Assembly: GCF_001194135.2 (NCBI RefSeq)
Contig: NC_068983.1
Location: 70,184,509 to 70,248,508 of the forward strand
DNA: 64,000 nt
Direction: 5' to 3'
Origin: Octopus bimaculoides
Taxonomy: Eukaryota
The notes beneath the pieces are model-generated. The model was not told where the DNA came from. It saw only the letters and a list, made by a program, of their open reading frames with translations, and searched no databases. Below, one piece after another: positions 1 through 14,024 of this stretch. Each line of letters starts with the position of its first letter. Position 1 is the first letter of the stretch. Both the position numbers and the translations under genes were made by a program.

Positions 1-152
1 AGTTGATAAAATAAGTACTGATTGAACACTGGGGTTGATGGAATCAATTTATTCCCTCCTCTGAAATTGCTGACCTTGTACCAAAATTTGAAACCATTAT
101 AGTAGCAGTTGTTGCCATTGTAGCTATCTAAGTTGTACCTGTTGTTGTACAG

Positions 153-440
153 GCATATGGCTTTGTGGTTAGGGCATTCTGCTTACGATCATAACGCTGT
201 GAGTTCAATTCCCGGTGGTGCATTGTGTCCCTGAGCAAGACACTTTATTTCACATTGCTCCAATCCACTCAGCTGGCAAAAATGAGTAGTACCTGTATTA
301 CTGAATCTCCCTGAGAACTACATTAAGGGTACACATGCCTGTGGAGTGCTCAGCCACTTGCATGTTAATTTCATGAGCAAGCTGTTTCATTGATTGTATC
401 TCCTGGGACCCTCGTCATCGTAACTGACAGAGTGCTCCTT
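153..440 (+). mobile_element. tRNA-derived SINE with CORE-like middle and shared 3' module
   Basis: A/B boxes, tgtgtccctgagcaagacactttatttc, then the same gggtacacatgcctgtggagtgctcagccacttgc module as the 14025 family. Confidence 0.8.
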
Positions 441-639
441 TTCCCTGTTATCGTAGATACTGTAGTAAGCACATTATTGTTGATACTGCTGTTGCTACAA
501 TTGTTATTATCTAACCTCAGGTCAGTGTCTATCAAACAGATCTGTGATTAAAGACATTCTAGCCATGACTTCCCAATATTTATCCTATGTGTAGGGAACT
601 TAGGAACTCATTATCCAATGTTTCCTTTCCTAGGACAGT

Positions 640-1095
640 GAGGTGAGATTTAAGGTAAATTTGACTGTTATTTCTGCCAGAGCCGATGGGCTGGCCCCTA
701 TGCAGATAACCCGTAGAATACACCATTTGGAGCGTGGCCATTGATCGTTACCAACGTCGCCTCCCTGGCACTTGTGCCAGTGGCACGTGAAAAGACATTC
801 GAGCAAGATCGTTGCCAGTGCCGATGGACTGGTTCCTGTGCAGGTGGCACATAAAACACACCATTTCGAGCGTGGCCATCGCCAGTTTCGCTTGACAGGC
901 CCTCGTGCCGGTGGCACATAAAACACCCACTACACTCTCGGAGTGGTTGGCATTAGGAAGGGCATCGAGCTGTAGAAACTCTGCCAAATCAGATTGGAGC
1001 CTGGTGTCGCCTCCTGGTCCACCAGTCCTCAGTTAAATCGTCCAACCCATGCTAGCATGGAAAGCGGACGTTAAACAATGATGATGATGATGATT
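640..1095 (+). mobile_element. RTE-family 3' UTR-only insertion with (GAT)n tail
   Basis: Repeated gtggcacataaaa modules, then acccactacactctcggagtggttggc..gttaaacaatgatgatgatg. Confidence 0.8.
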
Positions 1096-2257
1096 TCCAG
1101 CTGATTAAGGAATTTTTATACTCTTTATTGTAGGTATTGTTTTTGTTTTTTTGTTTGGTATAATTTTAGTTGTAGTAGTAGTAGTTGCAGATTTTTGTTG
1201 TTCTAATTCTCGTTGCTGCTGCTATTGCTACTGATACTAATGCTCTCTTTTTATTTCTAATGTAACCATTAATGTCGCAACTGCTACTACTGTCGCTGTG
1301 GCTGTGTAAATCAGCACTTCAGCTTTTAAAAAAATGAAAAAAAAAATAGAATATTGACAAGTAGGATAAAGAGGAGAAGGGGATAGAAAGAGATTTGTCA
1401 ATTTCCTCTGAGAAAGTAGGTTTCTTCAGAAAGTGTGTCTCAGTTGAAATTGGGTGATCACAAGCAAACGAGTGTTCAGTGCTAAATAGTTCAATGCTAC
1501 AGATACTTGTCAGCTGCAATGACAACATTACTTCAATATCAGTTCAAGCTCTGGAGATTGACAAGCACTCTTGGATGATTTGTATATTTAGGTGCACATG
1601 TGAACCTGCAGGTATCAAGCACACATCATGCATGCAAATTAGGTGTGTGTGTATGTGTGTGTGTGTGTGTGTGTGCATGCACATGTGTTTCTATATGCAT
1701 GCACATATGTATGTATCTTTATATAGATATATGCATGCATTCATGCATGTATGTATCAATATATGTATGTTTGTATATTTGTATTATGTATGTATGCATA
1801 TATGTATATATGTATGTAATGAAATAGTCGATGAAAGGTAATGACAGTGAAAGACATCAGCTGTCTTTTATTTCATTAAGAAAATTAGGTTGATCATGAC
1901 AGATGAAAACAAAAGATTTCAGTATATAGCACAATCTGAAAACAGCAAGAGCTCTATGGAAATGTCCGTTGTCATAACTATGTGGCAGAGTTCATATTCA
2001 CACAAAAGTTCATTATAAAATTAATATGAATAGGGAATATTTCAAACGATATCAAAAGATTTCTATCTTGTGTGAGTCTGTGGGAATATGTATATGTGTA
2101 TGTGAGAGTGTGTTCTTTTCTGCCTCCAGCTGACAACATGTTATTAAAGTGACATCAGACTTCTCATACTGTATAGAAAATGAGTGTATGAGTGAATGTC
2201 TTTTTCAATTGTACAGTTTGGTATAGTGCTGTGCTACACTGTGACAATCTCTATTAA

Positions 2258-2477
2258 CCCTCTAGTATTTAAACCAGCCATATCTGGCCAAAATAATCAA
2301 CCTGTTTTATTTTCAAACTGGCCAGATCCAACCTCTCACACTTACCCTGCAATATTATTCTAAAACTAAACAATCACATCATTGAAATCTTGAAGCTACA
2401 AGATAATGCATGATTAATTCAAAACAATGTAATTAATTAAGCATTACATTCAACAGAGAGAGCTGAATGCTAAAGGG
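2258..2477. mobile_element. 220-bp piggyBac-type MITE
   Basis: TTAA on both sides (2254-2257 and 2478-2481); imperfect TIRs ccctctagtatt / aatgctaaaggg. Confidence 0.75.
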
Positions 2478-3064
2478 TTAAATGTGTGAATATGCAGCAT
2501 TTTATACTGAAGAGTTCGCTCAAGATTGTATATATGCAAAAGCTAACTACTGAATAGTAGTGATTTGGCTCATGAAAAAGAACAGACTCTGCTCTGTCCA
2601 TGTGAAAGAGGTACAAGGAAATTTAAGTAAAAGATATATACCATGAAAGGCATTGATAAAAGAAACTGTGTTATTGCATATGTACATGTATGTATGCATG
2701 CATGTGTCTATATTTGTTTGCATGCATATACATGTATAACTACATGCACACAGAAATTTTCTGTTATATCCCATGTTGTGAAGAATAGCATCGTTAGTTA
2801 TAAGTTTCATGTGGCTAGGAAGGAAGCAACTATAATAGTGTAAATTATAATTGAACTGGAAACAGCTATGACATTATAGGCTATACCAGAAAACAGTTGA
2901 TCAAAGTACTGTGCCTCTGATATGAACCCAGAATCACATTGTTGTGAAGCATTCTGTCTAACCAGACTGCCATGCACACACACACACACACACACGTGCA
3001 CAAGCACACATGTGCACACACACAGACATATACATGCAAGCACACACACATGCATGCACACATG

Positions 3065-3096
<32 letters not shown>

Positions 3097-4033
3097 TTCA
3101 TGCAGTATTTCAAAAATCCCTTTAACATATCCAAACCATCTGATTTCATGCTCAGTCCCTCAGTCCTTTTGTATTGCACCTTGGACAATGTCTTTATTAG
3201 AGCCCCAGTAGACTCAAACTGAGAGAAGCTTGTTGTGTACTGTAAACAATGAGTATCAGAACAATGACATGCATATTCATTCTTAATATGTTCCAGCAAA
3301 TTGAAACCTAAATATGCTAACTGTTGTATATCATCAGTGGAGAATACCCTTTCCTTTAAGACAAACGTGTGTTCATAACACACTCAATTCATTAGGAAAA
3401 GAGGCCATTGGGACACCAGATGTTTCAACCTTGTTGAATCTCATCAGCTAAAGCTACCTCAGACTAATAAATCTAACAAGAATTTTTGGCTCTTGTTCTG
3501 TTTCTTGCTGTTTACCCTGCACATGACAAAATTATAATCAGCTGTCAAATATCAGCAAAGATCAGCAAATGATTTTGTCTGCTGAACTGATAAACAAAGC
3601 CCAAAACTCATGTTTGATTTTTTAGTCTGGGATAGCTTTGGCTGAGGAGACACAACAAGGTCAAAACACCAAATATCCCAAATACCCCTTACCCAAATGA
3701 ATCAAGTATGTTATGAATGTGCACTCATTTTACAGAAGTTGTTCTCCAATGAAATCCAACAGTAGTTAGCATATTCATGATTGAATCTGCTGGAACATAT
3801 TAAGAATGAATACGTGATTGTTTTTCAAAATTTGATGTTCCTCTTTTAGTGCCAGATAAATACCTTGTCATTAGAAACATCAAGTAACAGTCATCTTTTG
3901 ATGACACTGGGAGATAAAATGGTAGGAAGAGGCAGCAGAAAGCCTTAGTAAAATTGAGAGTCTGAGTTAAGAGTGAGAGAGTAAGCATTGTAATTATCAT
4001 ACCCTGAAAGTGCAGATAACATAAATACCCAGC

Positions 4034-4347
4034 ACTCTATTGGCTATGATGACAATGATTCCAGTTGATCTGATCAATGGAACAGCCTGCTTATGGAATT
4101 AATGTGCAAGTGGCTGAGCACTCCACAGACATGAGTACCCTTAATGTTGTTCTCGGGGAGATTCAGTGTGATACAGAATGTGTCAAGGCTGGTCCTTTGA
4201 ATTACAGGTACTACTAATTTTTGCCAGCTGAATGGACTACGATAACATGGAATAAAGTGTCTTGATCAGGGACACAATGTGCCACCAGGAATTGAACTCA
4301 TGACCTTACGATCATGAGCCAAATATCCTAACCAGTAAGCCACATGC
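4034..4347 (-). mobile_element. tRNA-derived SINE, same family as 153-440
   Basis: Reverse-complement similarity over the head, CORE-like middle and 3' module. Confidence 0.8.
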
Positions 4348-6605
4348 TAGAATATTACGCGTATAAATTTTTTCAGTGTTTGATATGTCAACAATACTGC
4401 AGAAGGAAAAAATAAAGAACAAAGTCTAGTTGGCTAAATATTTGATATTTTTCTGGACCAACAAATTAAAGTATCACAGAAGTGATGAGTTGAATTTTTA
4501 GCTTATATAAGGAAAATATAATGCAAAAGAAAACTTTGTAAATATTTGTAAATATTTGTAAAATCTCATGCTGTATTATCATATTATGATGATATCATTG
4601 TAATTAATAGTTAAATAATATCATTTTTATTGATTACATATTTATTGCAAAGAAGAAATTTATTTTATTTTGAATTTTAGAAACCTTACCATTTTCAAAA
4701 TTAAAGATGAATTTCATTATTTGTATAATCTCCATGAAATTTGATACAAGTAAAATTATAATTAGTAACTTTACTTGATATTACTGAGTCATATAAGCAT
4801 ATACCTATGTTAAAGCATTGTCATATGATGAGTTAACACTCTACAAATGATATTGCTTGTTGGTTGCTTGGTAATGCTAAAAATATCATATTACGATATG
4901 TAGAATTAATGTATTATATCCAGTATCAATAAATAAATAAGCAGTAGTATTTATTTAGTTTAATCTATTTTAATTTATAAATATATTTATATTTTGAAAA
5001 CTAGTTTTCATTTCATTGTTTTGAATGTGCACAATTTAAAATCATAATTATTGTAATCACCTCATTTTACACAAAAGTATATTCCCTTAACTACCCATCA
5101 TGACAGATATATATCATTGTTGTTGACTTGTTGTTATCCACTGTGACAGTGGCAGTGGTGTCATCATCACCATCATCTCACTTTTGCATCCACTTTTTCA
5201 TGCTTGCTAGGGCTAGATGGAATTTGTTAAGGCGACTTTTCTATAGCGAGACCCCCGTCCTGTTTCCAAGCAAGGTAATATTTCCCCATGATTAGACACG
5301 CTTACTCAGAAGACTAGAAACAAATGACACCACTTGCATAACAGTGACACTCTTTTACATTTGTTATTTATTATTATTTTTTAAAAATCGTGGTAGAGGC
5401 TTTGGTCTCGGGACCACTCATGTCTAGAAACTGCGGTTGGGGGTAAGCAAGGGTATGCTCCCTGTAGAAAATCCAGCTCCAAAAAAGCCTCGTGATAGCA
5501 AAGGAGAATGGGCACCAGCCAGCCCAAAGGTTGGGGTGGGCTGCACCTGCTTATCTTGGTTGCTATGGCATTGAGATAGATCCGGCCACCTGCTACTAAC
5601 AGGGACAATACCCAGATTTAAAACACTGGATGATAACGATGATGATGTGATATCAAGATAAGGAAGCACACAAACAAACACATGAGCTTCTTTCACACAC
5701 ATGAGCTCCTTTCAGTTTTTGTTGACTAAATCCACTTTGTCAGTGCAGGACTACAGTAAAAAACACACTTTCCCAAGGAGCCATGCAGTTGGACTCAACA
5801 TAAAAACACATGGCTGTGAAGCAAAGTTCTTAAACACATAGCCACAATTACATATAATCAGTATTGAAAATTAGTTTTGTGAATTAGGAATATGAGAAGG
5901 CTACGTCCAGGGCATGCACATGGGATTAGAGTGGATCCATCAGGAATGAGCAAAGTTTATTTTTGGTCTTTAAATTTAGCATTAAATATGCATGGTCATA
6001 TCATATGAAGTTAATAATCATAACAGATTATAGTTCTGGTGAAGATGCAGGCTAAATAATTCTCTATATTATATATAAGCAACATTACAAGCAGGTTCAA
6101 AACTTCACAAATTATAATCACAAAGATCAACAATTAGTGCTCTCAATGATGAGTGGGCAAAATCACAACAATTGGTTTGTTGAGATATTGAAGTTATGAC
6201 CATTTCTGAATTTAAAAATTCTGAATTTAGTGATAAAATATTGGCACCTCTTCAAAAATATTGGTGCTATTGGACAAAAGTGTACCAAATTAAATACAAA
6301 ACACTTTCATTGTCAAATACTTTCAATCTTTGAATTCTTTCTTTATAGAACTTGTTTACTCTTTTTGAATATAAATATATGTACTGAAGTGTCAATTGTT
6401 TATGTCCACTTTATAGCAATGAATCTATTTGAAATTAAATTGTAAAATAATCTATACAGAATTGCAAATCAATGGCTATAGAACAAATTAGTTTTATATT
6501 TCAAAAAGAAATGAGCATTATATTTTTACTTTAAGAACAGCAAATCTGTAATATAAATACACAATTACAGGACATATAATCACATTTAGTAACAACAACA
6601 ACAAT

Positions 6606-7785
6606 AATCATCATCATCATTTAACGTCCATTTTCCATATTGGCATGAGTTGGACGATTTGACTGAGGTCTGGAGAGCCAGCAGCTGCACCAGGCCCCAA
6701 ATTGATCTGACAATGCTTTTACAGCTGGATGCCCTTCTTAATGCCAACCACTCCGAGAGTGTAGTCGTTGCTTTTTACATGCCACCGGCACAGGAGTCAG
6801 TCAGGTGGGCCTGGTATCAAACACGTTCAGATAATGCTTTTTACGTGCCACCAGTTTGAAAATAAAACAGTGGGTACTGGCATCAGCCATGTTCGGATGG
6901 TACTTTTTACGTGCCACGGCACGAGAGCCAGTCAGTGAGTACTGGCATCGGACACATTCAGATGGTGCTTTTTACATGCCACCGGCATGGGAGCCAGTCA
7001 GGTGGACCTAGCATCGACTGTGTTCAGATGGTGCTTTTAACGTGCCACCAGCATGGGAGCCAGTCAGGGGGCCTGGCCACAGCTATGATATTGGTTTTAC
7101 TTGACCCAACAGGTCTTCTCAAGCATATCATATTGCCTGAAACATCAGAGGTACTTTTATCTGGGCCAGACATGCGTAGTTGTGATCTTACATAACACAT
7201 GGCCTTACCAGTGTAGTCATCTCTCTTGCACAACACATTTGATGCTTCTTATGCCCAACTTTTCTCTCAGGATACTTACACTCTAATGTGTATGCACACT
7301 GACATTACACATCCAGTAGATCATACTAGTTTCATTTCTCTCAAGCATGTCCTCAACAGTCATGGTCCATGTTTCACTGCCGTGTAGCATGGCAGTTCAC
7401 ACACATGCATCATACAGTCTACTTTTCACCTTGAGCAGGAGGTTTTAGTTGCCAGCAGAGGTAGGAGCTCTTTGAACTTTACCCAAGCTATTCTTATTCT
7501 AGCCACTACACTCTCAGAGCAACCACCCTCACTACAGACTTGGTCGCCTAAGTAGTGGAAGCTATTAACTACTTCTAGTTTCTAGCCTTGGCATCTGATG
7601 GAATCTGTTTTCTGTATGTCTTCAGTGTTTATTGCCCCTGTGCATTTGCCAAACACATAAACTATTTTCCTGGATAAACTTCCTTTGATGTTGTTGCACC
7701 TTTTATGTGTTCATAGCTTACTCCGGGTACATCGTATGGAGTTTCTACCCACACCTTTCCTACAGATCAAGCAGGGCCATCTACT
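6606..7785 (-). mobile_element. RTE-clade LINE 3' part, same family
   Basis: RWPCLICRKGVGRNSIRC..KL.THKRC PHD remnant at about 7690-7780; WGKVQRAP/FRELLP region; same 3' UTR; tcatcatc tail at about 6610. Confidence 0.85.
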
Positions 7786-7819
7786 TGAAGGACAGACGTT
7801 AAACGATGATGATGATGAA

Positions 7820-8230
7820 CGTAAAGACAGATGAAATGCTGCTAAGCATTTTGCCCAGCATGCTAGCAATTCTGACAGCTCTCCTTTCTAATAAAGGTAC
7901 AAGGCCTAAAATTTGTGGGGAGGAGACTAGTCAATTACATCGACCCCCAGTGTTTCACTGGTACTTAATTTATTGACACTGAAAGGACGAAAGGCAAAGT
8001 TGACCTCAGCAGAATTTGAACTCAAAACATAGCAATTGGCAAAATACCACTAAACATTTTGTCCAGCATGCTAACGATTCCACCAGCTCATCACCTAAAT
8101 AATAATGATGATTATAATAATCCTTTCTACTATAGGCACAAAGCCTGAAATTTGTGGGGAGGGGTAAGTCAGTTACATCAACTTTAGTGCTCAACTGGCT
8201 TGCTGCCTTAATAATAATAATAATAATAAT
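7820..8230 (-). mobile_element. Cluster of nested/tandem copies of a short tRNA-like SINE with (AAT)n tail
   Basis: Repeated units aaggtacaaggcctaaaattt..cgacccccagtg..tactt..gaaaggcaaagttgacctcagcagaatttgaactca. Same family at 1-100, 17690-17880, 27330-27470 and 52620-52760. Confidence 0.7.
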
Positions 8231-9049
8231 AACAATAATAATGTATTCATTATGCTCACTTGTTTCATTGCACCATCTCCATTCAAATTGTCCAAGTCAT
8301 TATCAAATAGTTCTTCTTATGTACCATCTGTCCACCTTCACTTTGGCATGAAACGAAAAGGACTCAGTACATTGTGTTGGTGCTGGAAGATTTACAAGGT
8401 TGATAAAATTCTTATTTTAGTCATTATTGTGATAATAACTATATGTATGTTTATAAATAAAAGAAATTATTCAGGAATGATAAAACTATTTAAGGAAGAA
8501 ATGTTTTCCAATAATGAAAGCATTACATTATTTGATGTTTTAATTTCCATTATCACTGATATTTTAATTAAATTTGATTTTTATACTAATAAAATATTAA
8601 GAAGCATAACTATCTGTATTTCTTTTCATTTAATTCTGAATTTACCCATATCTTATTATTACTTATTACTGAAATATTTTGTTGAAAACTGGCAATAGTC
8701 TTTGCCAGTAGAATTCTTAAAATATAAAACTCAGAAGAAAGGACAGCCTTGAGGAATGTAGGACATAATGCTTCATCTATTTTGTTGTTTGAGTGAAAAT
8801 GAGATGATGAGGGAAGTAAAACTGAAGTTGATGGTTTAGCCATGTTGCGATATGTGTTTCTGGTATACTGGGGATAATGTAAATGAAATCTCTTGATAAG
8901 GCAGTAATGAACAACACACATGGAAAGAGGATAAAATACTAAAAATAGGCAACTGATCACATTGCAGCTTTATACTCAAGTGTGTTTATGACTCGTTAAT
9001 GGTATCCGCTATAGCTGTTGTTTACATTTGTTTTTGATGATAAAAAAAA

Positions 9050-9437
9050 AATGACTTTGCTGTGAAATGAGCATGTTACAAAACCAGCATTTCATCTTGT
9101 AAACAGGCAAGGCCTAGACTCTTTGCAGTTGAGGAAATTATTGATGATATTTATTCTTCAGTTGAAGAGTTTACACTTCACAGGCAATGAAAGTGATCTG
9201 GACAATGACAATCAAACTGGTGTAAGTGATGAGGAAAGTAGCAATTCATGTGAACAAATACTGTAGTTGAAAGTTAAGCTTATTATTGTTATTTTCCTGA
9301 ACTTTTCTGTGGTTTTGTCTGTTAGTTTGCCTGCTATCATTACTCTTGAGCTGTGTATGCAACTGTTTATTTTCTAGCTCAGGAACCCAGGTGGGGTGGT
9401 AAAGTCAATCATAGGGGTCCAGGTCTGAGAGGGTTAA
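9050..9437 (+). mobile_element. Possible piggyBac-like remnant
   Basis: Ends in gagggTTAA. Contains an acidic stretch (EEIIDDIYSSVEE..ESDLDNDNQTGVSDEES) like piggyBac N-termini. No left end found. Confidence 0.35.
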
Positions 9438-10583
9438 TGTAATAGGAAGATAGATACTTAAACAAGAAGGATAGTGTGAAAGAGTGAGAAACTAAAGAGA
9501 TGAAGTGAATAAAATAAGGGATAAATTAGTTATTATGAAAGGTAGACAGGTACAATATCTTAAATAATAACATATAATAACATAGCTATGATGACAGATC
9601 AAAGTAGTAAGGTTGGTGAGAACAATACCTTAAAGAACTATATTTACAAATATAGTGGCAGATTAAAGTGCAGTGCTTAAAGACAGGAAAGCAAGAGAAT
9701 AAAAACAATGCATCAAGAGTTGTGATAACAGATTTAAAGTATTGTGGGTCAGATTCAAAGCAACTGAAAGTGCAGTGAGAATATATATACAAGCACAATT
9801 ATACTAACACACACAAACATTTATACAAGAATTGATAATTATACAGCTACATATACACATTTATATACATTTTCTCACACTTTTCACTTCAAAACCTGAA
9901 AAGAAAAAAACTGGCTTGTCAGTACATGTTGACATAGTCATATTAATTGAAGTAAAAAAAGTAATCAGCTTGAACTTACTGTTTAGTTTGCAGTCTGGGT
10001 GTTAGAAACAAAGTATTTTGTTTGTCAAATTAGAAAAATTCTACAGCATTAACAACATGAAAGTCTCTGAACTGGCTGGAAAACTAAAACAAATTATTGG
10101 TTAAGTTCCTTTATTATTGTGTAATTATTATTTGGGTTTTTTTTTTCTAAATTGTCAAAGAAAGTACATTGTTTCTAACAAGCATGCTTTGAACTAGAGA
10201 ATAAGTTCAAAGAAGGAAGCTTTTTAAATATGAAAGAAAATTCTCTTAATAGCAAAAATATTTACAAGAAAAATATCTGCCTTGAACATTTATGACAAGT
10301 TCAGTAATATGTGTATATATATATGTGTATATATATATACACACACATAAATACACATTGTTTATTTTTATGATGAGTTATAATAAAATCAGTTTTACAT
10401 TAAACTGAAGGATTACTCAGTGCTTTTTGTAGAGTGCATATTTATTATTCTTTAACAAGAATAGTACTGATAGTGACAGTTTTGCCCTGCTAAGCCATCA
10501 TCAGACTGTCCAATAATGCTTTGCAGGCTGATACTTCATAGTCACTGTCAATACTATTCTTTATGTTTGTCTGTCTGTCTCTC

Positions 10584-10614
<31 letters not shown>

Positions 10615-10843
10615 NNNNNNNNNNNNNNNNNNNNNNNNNNNNNNNNNNNNNNNNNNNNNNNNNNNNNNNNNNNNNNNNNNNNNNNNNNNNNNNNNNNNNN
10701 NNNNNNNNNNNNNNNNNNNNNNNNNNNNNNNNNNNNNNNNNNNNNNNNNNNNNNNNNNNNNNNNNNNNNNNNNNNNNNNNNNNNNNNNNNNNNNNNNNNN
10801 NNNNNNNNNNNNNNNNNNNNNNNNNNNNNNNNNNNNNNNNNNN

Positions 10844-12069
10844 AAAGGAAGGCTAACTGGGAAGATAGTTTTTCTATGTGGCAAATGCTTAGGTGCTATA
10901 AACAATGAAAATGTGCAGAGAACAGCTTCTGTCACATTCCAGGGAGAAAAACTACAAGTAATTGATAGCTTCTAATTACCTAGGGGACCAAGTCAGTAGA
11001 TGGGGTGAATGCTCTGAAAGGGTAGCTTCTAGAATAAGAATAGCCTGGGCAAAGTTCAGAGAGCTCCTACCTTTGCTGTGCCAAAGGACCTCTTGCTCAG
11101 AGTAAAAGGTAGACTGTATGACGCATGTGTACAAACAGCCATGACTACTGAGGACATGTGTAAGCTTGCAAAGAACGAAGCCAGTATGCTCTGCTGGATG
11201 TGTAATGTCAGTGTGCATACATGACAGAGTGTAAGCACTCTGAGAGAAAAGTTGGATTTACGAAGCATCAGATGTGGCGTGCAAGAGAGACGACTGTGCT
11301 GGTATAGTCATGTATTGCGAATGAATGAGGACAACTGTGTGAAAATGTGTCACATCCTAGCAGTTGACCTGGGATGAGGTGGTGAAGCACGATCTTCGAA
11401 CATTGGTCCTTACCGAGGCAATGACTAATGACCGAGACCTTTGGAGATATGCTGTGCTTGAGAAGACCTGACAAAGCCAAGTGAGACCATAACCTGTGGC
11501 CTATACCAGTGGGTGTAACCAGCCCACTTATGAGTAGTGAAAACCTGTTGAGGCAAGTGAAATCAAAATCAAAATCGCTGATGTGGCCGAGGACAGTGCT
11601 GCCTGATGGGCACTTGAGCCAGTGGAACATTAAAAGCACCATCCGAGCGAGATTGTTGCCAGGGCTGCTGGTTGGTCCCATGCTGGTGGCATGTAAAAAG
11701 CACCATTCAAGCATGATCATTGCCAGCATCTCCTTGTTGGTAGATGTGCCAGTGGCACATGAAAAAACAACATTCAAGCGTGGTCGTTGCCAGTGCTGCT
11801 GGACTGGCTCCCATGCAGGTAGCACATAAAAAACACCTTTTGAGCATGGCCATTGCCAGAACCGCCTGAATGGTCCTCATTCCGGTGGCACATAAAAGCA
11901 CCCACTACACTCTCGGAGCGGTTGGCGTTAGGAAGGGCATCCAGCTGTAGAAACTTTACCAGATCAGATTGGAGCCTGGTGCAGCCTTCTGGCTTGCCAG
12001 TCCTCAGTCAAACTGTCCAACTCATGCCACCAAGGAAAGTGAACATTAAACGATGATGATGATGATGAT

Positions 12070-12070
<1 letters not shown>
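10844..12070 (+). mobile_element. RTE-clade LINE 3' part, same family
   Basis: GRLTGKIVFLCGKC, YLGDQVS, WAKFRELLPL, NEASMLCWMCNVSV, LREKLDLRSIRCGVQERRL.WY.HV; repetitive 3' UTR; (GAT)n tail followed by (TA)n. Confidence 0.88.
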
Positions 12071-12163
<93 letters not shown>

Positions 12164-12639
12164 TTTTGGACTAGGATTTCAGTACATGTGCAGCTGTTTC
12201 TGGATTATTATTGGAGGAAATAACCATGATTCTATCTGTTTGAGGCTGTTTATGTCTTTTGTGGATACATTGCAAAACATGTTTTCTGAAGCAAATTCAT
12301 AGAGGCTCCTTTCGTTATTTACTTTTTCTTGTGTGTGTAGAAATAGTAATATAGTTCCTACATCCCTACAGTTAACTTGACACAATTTACACACAGAAAG
12401 AAACCTGTTTAAAACAATTGACTTCTTCACCATACAATGGCGCCAATATTTATCACCATCATATTTATATCACTGTCATATTTTTGTGTGTGTGTATGTA
12501 TGTGTTTATTGCTAGGAGTTTTATGGTGACATTTTGAGCTTCAGTGGATCAGTCGCATTATTGCAGGCCTAATGTATATAATCCCAGTCAAATGCAAAGG
12601 TTGTCATCAAGGATATGAACAGCAACTTCATCTAGAACG

Positions 12640-13060
12640 CTGCAGAGATTGGAAGATGGTGGACAGAGCATACCTGAGATTTATATAAGGGAAAGACAAA
12701 CACTGATAGGAAAATCATTGACCTCATAGAGCAGAGGCTAACTTAAAAGAACATAATGATGCCAACAGTGGGCAAAGTCATAAGAGCCTTTCACTAACTC
12801 AGAGAAAGCTTAGCAGCAGATGAAAAGTGGCAGACTGAGTTGTCAGTGATTTAAAATCTCTTATCAATATGATGGAAGATAATGTATCTCAAGATTTTAA
12901 GAATGTGACTATACTGCACAAAAGGGAGGCACACATGACAGTAAAAGCTATCATGGAATGGTATTCCTACAGGCAGTTCATAAGATTCTCACCAGAATTA
13001 TATTCTCTCCACCAGAGTTTCAAACTGTTTTTTTAACTATCAGTTCCTTTCTTTTGTTAG
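12640..13060 (+). mobile_element. Old RTE-like LINE fragment (RT N-terminal part), possibly the same insertion as 14430-15240
   Basis: PTVGKVIRAFH.LRESLAAD and DFKNVTILHKR resemble the RT start (P...EV..AI..LK..KA.G.D; DF....I...K). Confidence 0.4.
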
Positions 13061-13533
13061 CAATTTTTCAATACCTTCTGGCTACAGTTCAATAAAAATT
13101 AAATACAACTCATGTGCATATTCATATATGAGCACACAAAAGTCATGCGGTGACCTAATGCTACACTGATAGAGGCCATTACTATTGTATCTAAGGAAAT
13201 ACTCATAATTATGACAATATCTTTTAAATTAAATTATATTTTAGTTTATTGTTTTATATGGTTTACCATTTCCATCATCATCCACATCATTTTAATGCCC
13301 GCTTTTCCACACTTGCATGGGTCAGATGTGAGAATATTGAAGCAGCATTTTATTTATTTACTTAATCACATTTTGAAGTTTATCATTATTGTTGATGTTG
13401 TTGTTGTGACTGTGTCTAACAAGCAGTTTGTCATAATATTACTAATAGTTTTACTTTAAAAGTTAATATTTAAATTAGAAACAAAGACTGAAAGACAAAA
13501 AGCAAAAAAAAAAACAAAACTGTATAAATATTA

Positions 13534-13720
13534 TCATCATCATCATCATCGTTTAACATCCGCTTTCCATGCTAGCATGGGTTGGACGATTTGACTGAGG
13601 ACTGGTGAACCAGATGGCTACACCAGGCTCCAATCTGATTTGGCAGAGTTTCTACAGCTGGATGCCCTTTCTAACACCAACCACTCCGAGAGTGTAGTGG
13701 GTGCTTTTACGTGCCATCTC
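13534..13720 (-). mobile_element. RTE-family 3' tail fragment
   Basis: Reverse complement of the shared 3' terminal unit with an (ATC)n tail. Confidence 0.85.
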
Positions 13721-14024
13721 CTATGCTCCCTTCAAATCCAGTATTAATAGAAAATTTTCCATCAACCCCCAATTGCAGCCATGCACTAAACTGATAATCA
13801 TCACAGAAAGAACTACAATTTACCTGAACTGGAATGTAGCTTTCAATCTGGAAGACACGCCATATCTTCACCATGTGATATTTAAATATGAGAAATGTCA
13901 AATGCTTAATGCACCACCCTACTTCATTCTCATCAACCGTACAAAGGTATTTGGCTCCATAAATCTGTGATATTGAAGATGGTAACATTTGCAATGCTTA
14001 ATATGCTAACAATACTGCAACATA

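Noticed and set aside
8252-8960. Ile/Leu-rich 148-aa and 116-aa ORFs
   Set aside because: AT-rich compositional ORFs with non-ATG starts and no recognisable domain.
11590-11900. Repeat-spacer-like pattern suggestive of a CRISPR array
   Set aside because: Eukaryotic context. The units are degenerate modules of the RTE 3' UTR present in several dispersed copies.
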